A stretch of 64,000 nt of DNA, from NCBI GenBank assembly GCA_965216565.1, contig OZ244170.1, positions 256,001 through 320,000 on the forward strand, in the 5' to 3' direction. Both the position numbers and the translations under genes were made by a program. The DNA is from Bythopirellula sp. (GTDB taxonomy: Bacteria > Planctomycetota > Planctomycetia > Pirellulales > Lacipirellulaceae). Shown here one piece after another: positions 43,575-54,219 of this stretch (positions are counted from its first letter, which is position 1; every line of letters begins with the position of its first letter). The notes under the pieces are model-generated. The model did no database searches. It was not told the DNA's origin and saw only the letters and a program-made list of their open reading frames with translations.

Positions 43575-46553
43575 ATGTCTGGCTTGATACCGATACCAAC
43601 TTCGCGCATCACAGGGCTGTTTTCCCGACAGCGCCTGACGCAGCAATTGCAGGCTGATCAGCTTGATCTGTTTCGGATCCAAGACCAAATCAGTACGGGC
43701 CAACGGATCATTCTTCCGAGTGACGATGCCCCGTCCGCATTGCGATCGATATCGTTACAAAGGTTGCTGGAGCGAAAAACACAGCTGAGTAAGAGTGTGA
43801 ATACGGGGCTGGAATTCCTCGCTGCGACGGATACTACACTGGGGTCAGGTGCGGACTTATTGTTCGACGTCAAAGCGGCGACCCTAGAGGTTGTCGGCAC
43901 TGTTACTACGGCAGAGCAGCGCGACTCTGCCATCGCCAAAATCAATTCGACGCTCGAACAGCTGCTGACTACGGCCAATACTAAGTATCGAGATCGATAT
44001 CTGTTCTCGGGAACCCAAACCAATCAGGTTCCATACGAGCTAACCGATCGTGGCGTGGTTTACCACGGCGACGAAGGGTCGGTACAAACTTATTCCGATA
44101 TCAATGTGCTGTTCGATACCAATGCGAACGGCCAAGAAGTATTCGGTGGATTGTCGGCTGCGGTCGAGGGATCGGTCGATCTCAATCCCCAGCTTAGCGA
44201 AGACACATTACTTTCCAGTCTCCGAGGGGGGGCAGGGATCGATTCGAATGGTGCTTTTACGATCTCCGATGGATTCGACATTCGCACGATCGATATTGGC
44301 GGAGCGGTGACTGTCGGCGATGTGAAGCGACTTATCGAACTGAATGTGCCCACGGGGAGAGAAATCACCGTCACCATTACCGGTTCTGGCATCGATCTGC
44401 AATTTGATCCCTCCAATTCGGATAACACTGATGCCAATCTCATTGTCGAGGAGGTTGGTACAGGACGAACTGCTCGGGGATTGGGGATCTTCACCGAGAA
44501 CGGCGTCGGGACGGCACTTTCAGTCGGTGAAGATATTGATCCTGTCTTGCGGTCTACTACCCAGCTGGGAGATATTCTAGGTACTAAGGCCAGGGCCGTG
44601 GTCGTAGGTGACAACGGCAATAACGATATCCAGCTTGTCGCCAATGCGAACGGCACGGCACTCGACGGAGTCACCGTCCAGTTCGTCGATGACGATTTGC
44701 TGACGGCTACTCCTGGGCTGGTGGCTGGCAACGAAGTCGCAGAATACGATGCCAACGCCCGGGCCGCGTCGGCTTCGCTCTCCTTCGCGGGGACGGGCGA
44801 CGATCTGATCGTCACGGCGAATACTTCCGGAACGGCGTTCAACAACGTCGCGATCAATGTGGTCTCGGGCGGAGACATCGGCGATGCGGCTTCTGCGGTG
44901 TACGACTCCGGCGCTGGCACGCTGACGATCACTGTCGACGACGATGGCGAAACAACCATTCAAACCGTGGTCGACGAAATTGCCAATACAGGCCAATTCA
45001 CTGCCACGCACGATACGAGTGTCGAAGCTGCCTTCGATCCTGCCATCACCGTCACCGGCGGGGCGTCCGGCAATACGGGCAACAGTGGTGGCGAGGCAAA
45101 AACACTCTATGTGCGAATCGACCGCGGCGATACCACCGCCAACGAGGTCATTACTGCGATCAATGCTGAGGGTAGCTTCACCGCGTCACTCGATCCGAAC
45201 GATTCCACAACTCTAAGCGATGCCGGAACGGGGGTCGTGAATCTTAGCGCGACTGCCACCACCGCCGGGGGTAGTGGGTCAACGCTGGACCTCGATTCTG
45301 GAATTCAAATTGTCAATGGCGGTGAGACTCACGAGATAACCTTCGAAGACGCCGAGACAATCAACGACTTGTTGAATATTCTTAACGGTTCTGCAGCCGG
45401 AGTCTTCGCAGACATCAACGCCAATGGCAACGGGATCGACATTCGCTCGCGCGTGAGCGGCACTGATTTTCAAATTGGAGAAAACGGCGGCTCGACTGCT
45501 TCGCAGTTGGGAGTCCGGAGCTATAACTCAGATACCAAGCTAAGCGACCTCAATTTCGGACGTGGGGTGTCTACATTTGGTGGTTTCGATCTTCCCACAA
45601 CAACAGGAGACGATTTGGTCATTAGCACCATTGATGGCCAATCGTTCGGCATCGATCTCTCGGGGGCCGAATCCGTTACTGAAGTGGTAGATGCCATCAA
45701 TGCGGTAACGGGCTTGAGTGTCACCGCTTCGGAAGTGACTACAGGAAACGTTTCTGTCTTACAGCTTGTGGATAACAGCGTAGCGGGTACGGATTCGTTC
45801 TCGGTGTCCCAATCCGATGGCAGCCTAGCCGCTCAGTACCTGGGGATCATTCCCGGCAATGAAGGAACCCAGATCACAACTGGAGGAACTACTCTACTGG
45901 GCGATGATGCGAACTACATCGATTTGCAGATCACTGCCACTGACGGCCAGACCTACAGTGTTGATCTCAGCAATGCAGAAAGCGTTGGCGACGCCATCGA
46001 TGAATTTAATTCCGCGTTGGCGGGTGCGGGCGTGTTGGCACGGTTAGCCGTCAATGGGAATGGAATCGAACTAATCGATACCAACGCAGGCCCTGGCGAT
46101 CTTACGCTCCAGGCGGCAGAGGGGAGCACCGCGGCAGAGGACCTAGGGTTGCCGACGGAATCCACGGGAGCCACTGCACTCGGTACATTGCTAACCAGTG
46201 AGGACCGCAATTTTTACGAGACAGACAGCGTGTTCACCTCTCTGATTCGTCTCCGCGATGCACTGGAAGAAAACAACGCGGAGGATATTTCTCGGGCCGC
46301 CGCTAAACTGGATGTAGATATCGACCGCTTAGTGTTCACCCGCTCAGCGGTGGGAGCCCAGGAACAAGCTCTGGAAATCTCGCAACAAAGCCTGCAAGGA
46401 GAAGATATCCAACTGCGCACGGCTTTGTCTGAGGAACTTGACGTAGATCTGGTCCAGGCCATCTCTGACCTCACAGCCCGGCAGATTTCTCTACAAGCCT
46501 CGCTTCAAGCAACGGCAAATCTGTTACAGCTATCTCTTCTCAACTTCATTTAG
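43575..46553 (+). CDS. flgL: Flagellar hook-associated protein 3 FlgL, unusually long (992 aa)
   Basis: Q.QISTG.RI..PSDD, AN..Y..RYLFSG..T...PY, C-terminal D.DL..AI..L...Q..LQASL......LSL.NFI. Confidence 0.92.
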   Translation: MSGLIPIPTSRITGLFSRQRLTQQLQADQLDLFRIQDQISTGQRIILPSDDAPSALRSISLQRLLERKTQLSKSVNTGLEFLAATDTTLGSGADLLFDVKAATLEVVGTVTTAEQRDSAIAKINSTLEQLLTTANTKYRDRYLFSGTQTNQVPYELTDRGVVYHGDEGSVQTYSDINVLFDTNANGQEVFGGLSAAVEGSVDLNPQLSEDTLLSSLRGGAGIDSNGAFTISDGFDIRTIDIGGAVTVGDVKRLIELNVPTGREITVTITGSGIDLQFDPSNSDNTDANLIVEEVGTGRTARGLGIFTENGVGTALSVGEDIDPVLRSTTQLGDILGTKARAVVVGDNGNNDIQLVANANGTALDGVTVQFVDDDLLTATPGLVAGNEVAEYDANARAASASLSFAGTGDDLIVTANTSGTAFNNVAINVVSGGDIGDAASAVYDSGAGTLTITVDDDGETTIQTVVDEIANTGQFTATHDTSVEAAFDPAITVTGGASGNTGNSGGEAKTLYVRIDRGDTTANEVITAINAEGSFTASLDPNDSTTLSDAGTGVVNLSATATTAGGSGSTLDLDSGIQIVNGGETHEITFEDAETINDLLNILNGSAAGVFADINANGNGIDIRSRVSGTDFQIGENGGSTASQLGVRSYNSDTKLSDLNFGRGVSTFGGFDLPTTTGDDLVISTIDGQSFGIDLSGAESVTEVVDAINAVTGLSVTASEVTTGNVSVLQLVDNSVAGTDSFSVSQSDGSLAAQYLGIIPGNEGTQITTGGTTLLGDDANYIDLQITATDGQTYSVDLSNAESVGDAIDEFNSALAGAGVLARLAVNGNGIELIDTNAGPGDLTLQAAEGSTAAEDLGLPTESTGATALGTLLTSEDRNFYETDSVFTSLIRLRDALEENNAEDISRAAAKLDVDIDRLVFTRSAVGAQEQALEISQQSLQGEDIQLRTALSEELDVDLVQAISDLTARQISLQASLQATANLLQLSLLNFI

Positions 46554-46707
46554 CCAAATTTTCTAACCCTCCCAGTCTTACTTGGCCGATAGTATTTTTT
46601 GGATACCTTGCTAGCGTGCGCTGGCAGAACCATTAATTCCGCCAAGCCACTGACTGCGCTAGTTTAGTGGAATTGGCGAAGTGTCACGGAAGACAGTGGG
46701 TAGAACA

Positions 46708-47148
46708 ATGGAAGTTTTCACAACACGATTTGGGACTCTTTCGGTCCGTCCTCAGGACGAGTTGCTATTCGAGCAAGGACTGGTTGGCCTCGAAGATTGT
46801 CTGCGCTGGGTTGTTTTGAGCGACTCACAGAATCCGGCTCTCGGATGGCTGCAGAGCATCGAGCATGCCCACGTCGGTCTCGGCATCGTCAGCCCCCGTC
46901 GATTTGTGGCTGGGTACCAGCTTCGGGTCGACCGCGACGATTTGCACTCTCTCGACTTGGCCACGCTGCGAGATGCCGAAGTCGTAGTGATCGCAAGCCG
47001 CCAGGAAAGCGGGCTCACGCTAAACCTACGAGCTCCCCTGGTGATCAATGTCGAAACACGACGCGGCTGCCAAGTGATTGCCAAAGATTCTCTACCCGTC
47101 CGATTCCCACTGACTCAGACTCCCGTGGAGCTGCGACGTAGTGCCTAG
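46708..47148 (+). CDS. fliW: Flagellar assembly factor FliW
   Basis: TTRFG, F..GL.GLE, WLQS, P..F...Y, TLNLRAPLVIN...R.G.QVI. Start placed at ATG 46708. Confidence 0.92.
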   Translation: MEVFTTRFGTLSVRPQDELLFEQGLVGLEDCLRWVVLSDSQNPALGWLQSIEHAHVGLGIVSPRRFVAGYQLRVDRDDLHSLDLATLRDAEVVVIASRQESGLTLNLRAPLVINVETRRGCQVIAKDSLPVRFPLTQTPVELRRSA

Positions 47149-47228
47149 TCACAAACCCGGTTCCCTACCATCCCTACAAATAAACCTACCTACGCCGCCC
47201 CGGCGTCTAATTGATCAGGAGCTACCCC

Positions 47229-47465
47229 ATGTTGGTTCTATCGCGACAACGTGACGAGAGCATTATCATCGGCGACAATGTTGTGATTACCATCGTCGAT
47301 GTACGTGGGGATAAGGTCAAACTAGGTATCGAAGCGCCGCGGGAAATCTCGGTCCACCGCCGAGAAGTCTACGAAGCCATTCAGCGCGAAAATCGCCAGG
47401 CAGCGATGCTGAAGCCCGAGGATGCTCAACTTCTACCTCCCAATGCTGGCGCCACAGACCAATAG
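47229..47465 (+). CDS. csrA: Carbon storage regulator CsrA (FliW-type, Asn55 and C-terminal extension)
   Basis: MLVLSR...ESI.IGD...[36 protein letters not shown]; start at ATG 47229. Confidence 0.96.
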   Translation: MLVLSRQRDESIIIGDNVVITIVDVRGDKVKLGIEAPREISVHRREVYEAIQRENRQAAMLKPEDAQLLPPNAGATDQ

Positions 47466-47639
47466 ATCATCGTGGGCGTCCCGGTATTCTGAATAAGCTT
47501 TGGCGGCTGCCAAGGATCTATCAGTCTTTGGATTTATACAAAAAGTCCTGATTCATGGTGGATTTTGACGGTTGTACCCATTAGTGCAACTCTGGCCAAA
47601 AAGTAAGGCAAAAACAGGCTGAAATTCTTCTTTAGACCC

Positions 47640-47667
47640 TAATGCCCCCATATTGTGGGGACGATAT
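47640..47667 (+). promoter_or_regulatory. Candidate sigma28 (FliA/SigD) promoter for flagellin
   Basis: TAAT-N16-GACGATAT resembles TAAA-N15/16-GCCGATA(A/T); about 280 bp before fliC. Confidence 0.4.
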
Positions 47668-47946
47668 TCAGCCATAGACGGTCCACCAGACGGAACGACA
47701 GCTGCTTGCAGCGCGCATCGCACGGTTTGTGTCCTACAGTTGGAATGTCGGGATTCCCGGCACACAACCGATAGGGCAAACCAACTAAGGGAATGCCGAG
47801 GACTGTCGGCAGAAAACTTTACGGTGAAGAGAAATACGAGGCATGTGTCCTCGGCACCGTGTGATGAAAAAGAGATAGACCGGAGTCGCGAGACTCCCTA
47901 AGTCCGGTCTTCCGACGAACTGGTTTTTTTAGACAGGGGTTTTTAG

Positions 47947-50094
47947 ATGACTCGTATTAACACTAACGTGAGCTCGCTCGTGGCCCAGAACACCTTGGGC
48001 CAGTCGAATGCGAGTTTGAACCAAGCCCTTACACGGTTGAGCACCGGTCTCCGGATCAACACTGGTAAGGATGACCCAGCTGGTTTGATCGCCAGCGAGA
48101 ACTTGCGGAGCGATATTACCGCCATCCGCCGTGCCATTAGCAATACGGACCGAGCCAATCAGGTGATTGCCACGGCCGACAGTGCTTTGGGCCAGGTGAG
48201 CTCGCTCCTGAACGACATCCGTGGTTTGGTAACTGAGAGTGCCAACGCGGGAGCCCTTTCTGACGAGCAGCTTGCTGCTAATCAGTTGCAGCTCGACTCG
48301 TCGCTCGAAGCTTTGAACCGAATTGCTCAAACGACAACATTCCAAGGCCGTCGTCTGCTGGACGGAAGCCTCGACTTTATTACGACAGATGGTACTAACT
48401 TCAGCAACGTCTCTGACTTGCAGATCGACCAGGCTAACCTCGGTGCGACTGGTAGCATCTCGGTGGATGTCGATGTTACAACCGCAGCCACTCAGGCACA
48501 GGTCGACGTCGCCAGCATTCCTGCCGGAATCACGGCTGTACAGGCAAGTGATGGTGAACTCGATTTCCAGACAGCCGCTGTTGCGGAAGCACAAGCTTCT
48601 GGTACGGTCACCTTGGACTCTGGCGACATTTTGACCGTTACAGTTCTCGATGGCGGTCAAGTCGACGGTGCTTCCGGTAATGACATTGATGTCACCTTCG
48701 TCGAAAACGGCCTGGATGACAATGGAGTAGCAGTCACGTTCGATGGAAGCACAATCACTGTAACTGCTGACTTCTCGGCTGACTCCACTCTCCAGTCCGA
48801 CGCGATTGCTACCGCCATCGCAGCAGTGAATGGTGGAACAGACCTCACCGCATCCTCCGATGGTACCGCCGCTGTTGCCAGTGAGACTATCGAAAACCAT
48901 GCCGACGTCACCTCTGGTGGTGTCGATGCAGTTGCCGCTGTAGACGCGACAATTACGATCGCCCCTACAGACACAGGTGCATCGTTCGATCGTACGATCA
49001 CTTTTGCTGACAATGGTGCCGCATCCAGCGGTATTGCAGTGACAGACGACGGCACGACCCTTGCTATCGTTGTCGAAGCAGGTACAGACATTGATCTGGC
49101 AACACTTGCTACCGACATCGAAACCGCTTTGGATGCCAACGACGATTTTACTGTGACCTTGGCTGACAATGCTGGTGACGGTCAGTTCAACTCGACAGTT
49201 GACACCGATCCAACAGCTACCAACGTAGGTGCCACAACCGCCGGTGTTGATGGTGGTGGTGGACTTGCCGGTGACTTGGTCATCGAGCTTGCTGGTACGG
49301 ACGGTTCAGAAGTATTAAGCTTCGGGGCTGGTACCACAATTGCTCAGTTGGAAGCCGGTATCGACCAGTTGAGCGACGCGATTGGCGTCGAGGCAACTGT
49401 AAATGGCACAACGCTGGAACTTCGTTCGAGTGCCTACGGGGCCGACGCCTTTGTCGACCTTTCGGTAATCAGCGAATCGAGCGGAACAGTCTTCACCTCG
49501 GCTGAAGCCCGTGATACTGGTACTGATATTGCCGCTTCTGTAAACGGCGTATCGGCTACTGGAAATGGTAACGAGTTGTCGATTAATACCGCGACGCTGG
49601 ACTTGACGGCCACTTTGACCGCCGGCTTCACAGGAACTGCCAGCTTCACCATCACCGGTGGTGGTGCATTGTTCCAACTGGGTCCAGACGTAGTATCTAA
49701 CCAGCAAGCCCGTTTGGGAATCAATAGCGTGAACACGGCCCGCTTGGGTGGTGTAAGCGGTAAGTTGTTCTCGCTCGGTACTGGTGGCGACAACGAACTA
49801 TCGGTGAGCGACAACCTAGACGTCGCAGCCGCAATCGTTGAAGAGGCGATCGACCAGGTCACCTCACTTCGTGGTCGACTGGGTGCGTTCCAAAGAACGA
49901 CACTTGAGACCAATAAGAACGCCCTGAACGATACTTTGGTGAACTTGACCGACGCTGAAAGTTCGATCCGCGATGCGGACTTCGCTGCTGAGTCGGCCGC
50001 GTTGACCCGATCGCAGATTCTTGTGCAGTCGGGTACCACGGTTCTTCAGATTTCGAACTCGAACCCGCAGAACGTATTGGCCTTGTTGCGATAA
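47947..50094 (+). CDS. fliC: Flagellin with large acidic variable region (715 aa)
   Basis: RINTNVSSL.AQ, RLSTGLRIN..KDDPAGL, T.F.G..LLDG, LRG.LGAFQ, AES.IRDADFA.E...LTR.QIL.QSG..VL...N..PQ.VL.LL. Confidence 0.97.
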   Translation: MTRINTNVSSLVAQNTLGQSNASLNQALTRLSTGLRINTGKDDPAGLIASENLRSDITAIRRAISNTDRANQVIATADSALGQVSSLLNDIRGLVTESANAGALSDEQLAANQLQLDSSLEALNRIAQTTTFQGRRLLDGSLDFITTDGTNFSNVSDLQIDQANLGATGSISVDVDVTTAATQAQVDVASIPAGITAVQASDGELDFQTAAVAEAQASGTVTLDSGDILTVTVLDGGQVDGASGNDIDVTFVENGLDDNGVAVTFDGSTITVTADFSADSTLQSDAIATAIAAVNGGTDLTASSDGTAAVASETIENHADVTSGGVDAVAAVDATITIAPTDTGASFDRTITFADNGAASSGIAVTDDGTTLAIVVEAGTDIDLATLATDIETALDANDDFTVTLADNAGDGQFNSTVDTDPTATNVGATTAGVDGGGGLAGDLVIELAGTDGSEVLSFGAGTTIAQLEAGIDQLSDAIGVEATVNGTTLELRSSAYGADAFVDLSVISESSGTVFTSAEARDTGTDIAASVNGVSATGNGNELSINTATLDLTATLTAGFTGTASFTITGGGALFQLGPDVVSNQQARLGINSVNTARLGGVSGKLFSLGTGGDNELSVSDNLDVAAAIVEEAIDQVTSLRGRLGAFQRTTLETNKNALNDTLVNLTDAESSIRDADFAAESAALTRSQILVQSGTTVLQISNSNPQNVLALLR

Positions 50095-50118
50095 GGTCCG
50101 CGAACGCGGTAGATATAC

Positions 50119-50161
50119 AAAAGTGGCTCGGCCTCGGTGAGGTCGGGCCACTTTTCGTTTT
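50119..50161 (+). terminator. Rho-independent terminator after fliC
   Basis: AAAAGTGGCTCGGCCTC-GGT-GAGGTCGGGCCACTTTT followed by CGTTTT. Confidence 0.85.
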
Positions 50162-50266
50162 GCCATCTGATAAGGGCTGTGTTCCTTGTACTCTCGAATA
50201 CTAACGATTGGCGCCTGACGACTAATTGCTACTTCTGCTAGCACCCACTTCGGGTCAGACAAACTT

Positions 50267-50293
50267 TAGCGGCTGGGCAACCATACCCGATAA
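50267..50293 (+). promoter_or_regulatory. Candidate sigma28 promoter for fliD
   Basis: TAGC-N15-CCCGATAA; good -10 match, weak -35. Confidence 0.35.
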
Positions 50294-50403
50294 CTTTAGA
50301 AGAGGTGCGCCTCTAGCAACGTATGCTTGAGACGACCGAACAATAGTCGTACCGAATTCAAACTAGCTGAAAGCTGACCGACATCAGCTCTCAATAAATA
50401 TTT

Positions 50404-53400
50404 ATGGGCAGAATTACTTCCAACGTGGGTTTGATCACTGGGATTCCGATTACGGATACCGTGAATCAATTGATCCAGGTTGCCGGTGCGCCGCGAGACC
50501 TGCTGCTCGCTCGGAACCAGGGCCTTCAATCCCAACAAGTGGCTGTCAACACCCTGGCTACGCGGCTCTTAAGTCTGAAATTCGATTTGGGCAAACTGGG
50601 TGTGTCCGACCCATTTCAAGCTAAGGCGGTGACCTCTCAGGATGAGTCGCTGGTAACCGCGTCACTCGCCACAGAAGGAAACCCGCCGGTAGGAAATTTT
50701 CCGATTCGGACAGTGCAAACGACATCTTCCCAGCAGCTCATTAGTCAGCGGTTCGAAGACCTGGACGATATCCAAAGCACCGGCTCACTGTCGTTTGGCT
50801 ATGGTGGGTTCGTCGACAAAGGCATTTCGCTCGACGAATTGAACAACGGCGCAGGGGTTTCGCGAGGCCAGATTAAGCTCACCGACCTCGACGGCAACAC
50901 CGCCACCATCGATCTTAGTGCCGTTCGCACTGTGGACGATGTGCTGGAAGCAATCAACAACGATACAACGACTAATGTCATCGCTTCGGTAGACGGCGAT
51001 TCTCTGAAACTCACCGACAACGTCGGGGGCGGCGGTACACTTTCGGTCCAAGAAGTAGCCAGTGGGACGACGGCTGCCGATTTAGGTCTCGATGGAATCA
51101 GCACCTCGTCGTCTGAAGCCACTGGTGCGGACGTCTATGGACTGCATTCAGGCACAAAGCTTAATCGACTTAACGATGGCAATGGCGTGCGAATTACGGA
51201 CGATCTAACGGATGTCGACGATTTGACATTCACGCTAACCGATGAAACCACGGCCGGTGTCGACCTGAGCGGAGCCAACACCTTAGCCGATGTGGTCGAC
51301 GCGATTAATAACGACGCGGACCTCACCGGAAAAGTGACGGCCGCAATCTCGGCAGATGGCAACCGGCTTGAAATCACCGACTCAACCGCTGGCGCCGGGA
51401 CTTTCGCTATTACTAATGGCGTGCTCGGTAGTGCTGCCGATGACCTGGGGCTTACCGAAGATTCGAGCGGGGGCGTAGTCACCGGAGGCCGCCTCGTTTC
51501 CGGGCTGCGGGACACACTACTTAGCAGCCTCAGCGGCGGCGAGGGCGTCGGCACTCTGGGCTCGATCGACATCACTAATAGAAGCGGCGTGCTTTCGACC
51601 GTCGATCTTTCCTCTGCGGAGACATTGGCAGAGGTAGTCTCAGGGATCAACACGCAAGCCACAGACGTCACCGCGTCAATTAATGACAGTCGAAACGGAA
51701 TCACGCTTGTCGATACGACCGGAGCTACAGCGAGCAATTTGATTGTGGCTAATACCGGGGCAACCACGAGTGCCGATGCACTCTCGATTACCGCCGATGT
51801 AGCCGCCAATTCGGTTGGCAGCGGCACGCTCAACCGTCAGACAATTAGCGAAGCCACGTCGCTGGCCTCGCTGGGCATCACTGCCAGCGATATTTCGATT
51901 ACCGATTCCAACGGGGAGTCTACCTCCATCGACTTGAATGCAAGTGGTGCTGAGGCAGAAACTGTGGGCGACGTAATTGATGCCATCAATGCTTCGACGG
52001 CCAGCGTTCAGGCTAGTATCAATGACACCGGCGACGGCATACTCATTACAGATGCTGCTGAGGGATCGCAGACCCTGGGAATTAGCGATCTCAATGGCAC
52101 ACTGGCCGCACAATTAAACCTGACGCGGGCCAGCACCACGGTTGACATTAATGGTACCGACACACAAGTAATCGATGGCACCAACAGTTACTCGATCGAT
52201 CTTTCAGACATAGATGGTTCCCCAGAATCTGTGGCTCTCTCCTCAGTCAACAATGGCGCGGGAATCAATTACAGCGATATACGAATTACAGCCTCTACTG
52301 GTGAATTCACTGTTCTCGATTTGAATGGGGCCGATTCCGGAATCACCACCGTAGGTCAGATCGTCGATGCGATTAATGCCCGTTCAGAGGACGTCACTGC
52401 CAGTATCAACGAAACTGGCACAGGCATCTTGCTCACCGACGATGCTGGTGGCGACTTGGTCGTGGAAGACATCAACGGCACTGCCGCAGCCGATCTCAAG
52501 ATACTTAGCACCGAAACCACAGGATCGACGATCAATGGCCTCGGATTGTTTTCCGCTCAAGACGCAAACCAAGGGGCGTTAGATTCGGTAGCCGATCGGA
52601 TCAATGATCTCGATTCCGGAGTGACGGCCAGCACGTTCTTTGATGGCATCGGTTATCGTTTGTCACTTGTGGTCGACGAAACAGGATCGGCCAATGAAAT
52701 TCTGGTCGACGCCGGTGCCTCTGGATTCAGTTTTGAAGAAACATCCACAGCCGAGGACGCGTTGATTGTCTTGGGCGAAGAGACGCTGCCTGGCTCGGGC
52801 GTGCTGATTAGTTCTTCCGACAACAACTTCGATGAAGTGATTGAAGGCGTCAATCTCTCGGTGCTCGCAGCAAGTAGCCAGTCGGTAACAGTCTCGGTGG
52901 ATAACACCGATTCAGATTTGGTATCAGCCGTAGGCGACTTCGTTGATTCTTACAACTCGATTCGCAGCGAACTTGACCAGCTGACAGTTTTCGACGAAGT
53001 GGAGCTCACTACGGGTTTACTGTTTGGAACCAACGAGGCCCTTCGTGTCGATACCGAGCTCTCGCGGCTTGTTACTGACCGATACTTTGGTGTGGGCGGC
53101 TTTGAAAGCCTAGCTGAGGTCGGAATCTCGATTGACGATCAGGGACAGCTAAGCCTTGATGAGGCGCGACTGCAAGAGGCCTTTGCCGACGATCCCGGAA
53201 GTTTAGAGCGACTGTTTTCCGATGAGACGCGTGGCGTGGTTGCCCAGTTCAATACAGCAGTAGATCGGCTCGCTGGCTCGGAGAACGGCTTGCTGACGAA
53301 TCGTGACGATGCCCTGCAGAACACAATCGATACGAACACCCAAAGAATCGACGATCTCAACGCGTCTCTCGAACGGCAGCGAGAACGTCTGTTGCTTGAG

Positions 53401-53490
53401 TTCACTCAACTAGAGACATTGGTGGCCGGGTTGCAGCAGAATCTCAGTGCCCTGGCTTCTTTACAGCCTATCGCCCCGCTATCTATCTAA
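50404..53490 (+). CDS. fliD: Flagellar filament cap protein FliD, unusually long (1028 aa)
   Basis: GL.TGI.....V.QL, AEDA.I, S.DN.F..VI.GV.L, FV.SYN, L.E.GI.....G.L.LD...L..A...DP.....LF, LL.EF..LE. Confidence 0.93.
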   Translation: MGRITSNVGLITGIPITDTVNQLIQVAGAPRDLLLARNQGLQSQQVAVNTLATRLLSLKFDLGKLGVSDPFQAKAVTSQDESLVTASLATEGNPPVGNFPIRTVQTTSSQQLISQRFEDLDDIQSTGSLSFGYGGFVDKGISLDELNNGAGVSRGQIKLTDLDGNTATIDLSAVRTVDDVLEAINNDTTTNVIASVDGDSLKLTDNVGGGGTLSVQEVASGTTAADLGLDGISTSSSEATGADVYGLHSGTKLNRLNDGNGVRITDDLTDVDDLTFTLTDETTAGVDLSGANTLADVVDAINNDADLTGKVTAAISADGNRLEITDSTAGAGTFAITNGVLGSAADDLGLTEDSSGGVVTGGRLVSGLRDTLLSSLSGGEGVGTLGSIDITNRSGVLSTVDLSSAETLAEVVSGINTQATDVTASINDSRNGITLVDTTGATASNLIVANTGATTSADALSITADVAANSVGSGTLNRQTISEATSLASLGITASDISITDSNGESTSIDLNASGAEAETVGDVIDAINASTASVQASINDTGDGILITDAAEGSQTLGISDLNGTLAAQLNLTRASTTVDINGTDTQVIDGTNSYSIDLSDIDGSPESVALSSVNNGAGINYSDIRITASTGEFTVLDLNGADSGITTVGQIVDAINARSEDVTASINETGTGILLTDDAGGDLVVEDINGTAAADLKILSTETTGSTINGLGLFSAQDANQGALDSVADRINDLDSGVTASTFFDGIGYRLSLVVDETGSANEILVDAGASGFSFEETSTAEDALIVLGEETLPGSGVLISSSDNNFDEVIEGVNLSVLAASSQSVTVSVDNTDSDLVSAVGDFVDSYNSIRSELDQLTVFDEVELTTGLLFGTNEALRVDTELSRLVTDRYFGVGGFESLAEVGISIDDQGQLSLDEARLQEAFADDPGSLERLFSDETRGVVAQFNTAVDRLAGSENGLLTNRDDALQNTIDTNTQRIDDLNASLERQRERLLLEFTQLETLVAGLQQNLSALASLQPIAPLSI

Positions 53491-53548
53491 TGCAGTTGTT
53501 CGACGTAACCTTTTCTAAGTTTTTTAACTATCAAAGCAGGATGCTAAG

Positions 53549-54016
53549 ATGTCTATCGCACCAAATTCGAAATACATGGAAAGTAAAGTTCTCACTGCAT
53601 CGCAGCCTCAGTTGCATTTGATGCTGCTGGAAGGTGCCGTGCGATTTGGCCAGCGTGCATTTGACCTAGGATCCGACGATCAATACGCAGCCGAGAGCGA
53701 TGCCCTGCTCGTTAGACTGCTGAATATTGTCGAAGAGCTAAGCCGGAGCACGAGTGGTCGCGACAGTGAAATAGCTATTCAGCTCGAAGACGAGTACGCG
53801 TTTCTTTATCGCGAGCTGACTGCGTCACGAATCAACCTTGATCTGGATAAACTTGAGAAGTGTCTGGAGATCCTCAACTACCAGCGAGATACCTGGAAGC
53901 AAGCGTGCGAGCAAATAGAGTTCGTGGCCGACACATCTGCCCCCAAGGCAGTTCTGCCACCCATCAGTCCCTCGACGATGCCCGAAGGCTCTTCGTCGTT
54001 CTCACTCGACGCCTAG
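53549..54016 (+). CDS. fliS: Flagellin export chaperone FliS
   Basis: Y....V.TASQ.QL.LML.EGA.RF, I..EL, A..L...Y.F, W.Q. Follows fliD. Confidence 0.88.
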   Translation: MSIAPNSKYMESKVLTASQPQLHLMLLEGAVRFGQRAFDLGSDDQYAAESDALLVRLLNIVEELSRSTSGRDSEIAIQLEDEYAFLYRELTASRINLDLDKLEKCLEILNYQRDTWKQACEQIEFVADTSAPKAVLPPISPSTMPEGSSSFSLDA

Positions 54017-54219
54017 GCAGCGGCGTTGGCAAGCCCAGGACGAGCCAACTGGTCTTCGTTCACGGTCTTTCCAACCTGTGAATCTCCTAGCTGCAATGCG
54101 GTTCTATTGGCAGAGCCGATGGTTGCACCTGCCTTGTGGCGATTGACGTCACGCTTGCGGCGGGCGTATGATCGTGCTTGGCCAACAGTACAATTGTGCA
54201 GATTTTGGGAGATTTCAGA

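Noticed and set aside
46564..46592. sigma28 promoter before fliW (TAAC...GCCGATAG)
   Set aside because: The -10 box is good but the spacer is 17 nt; too uncertain to list as a feature.
47774..47815. c-di-GMP-I riboswitch (GGCAAACC) in the fliC leader
   Set aside because: The following GNRA-capped stem and GACGCAAAG motif are missing.
47929..50039. Long antisense ORFs (323, 170 and 201 aa) opposite fliC, and similar ones opposite flgL and fliD
   Set aside because: Expected shadow ORFs from biased codon usage; no recognisable protein features.
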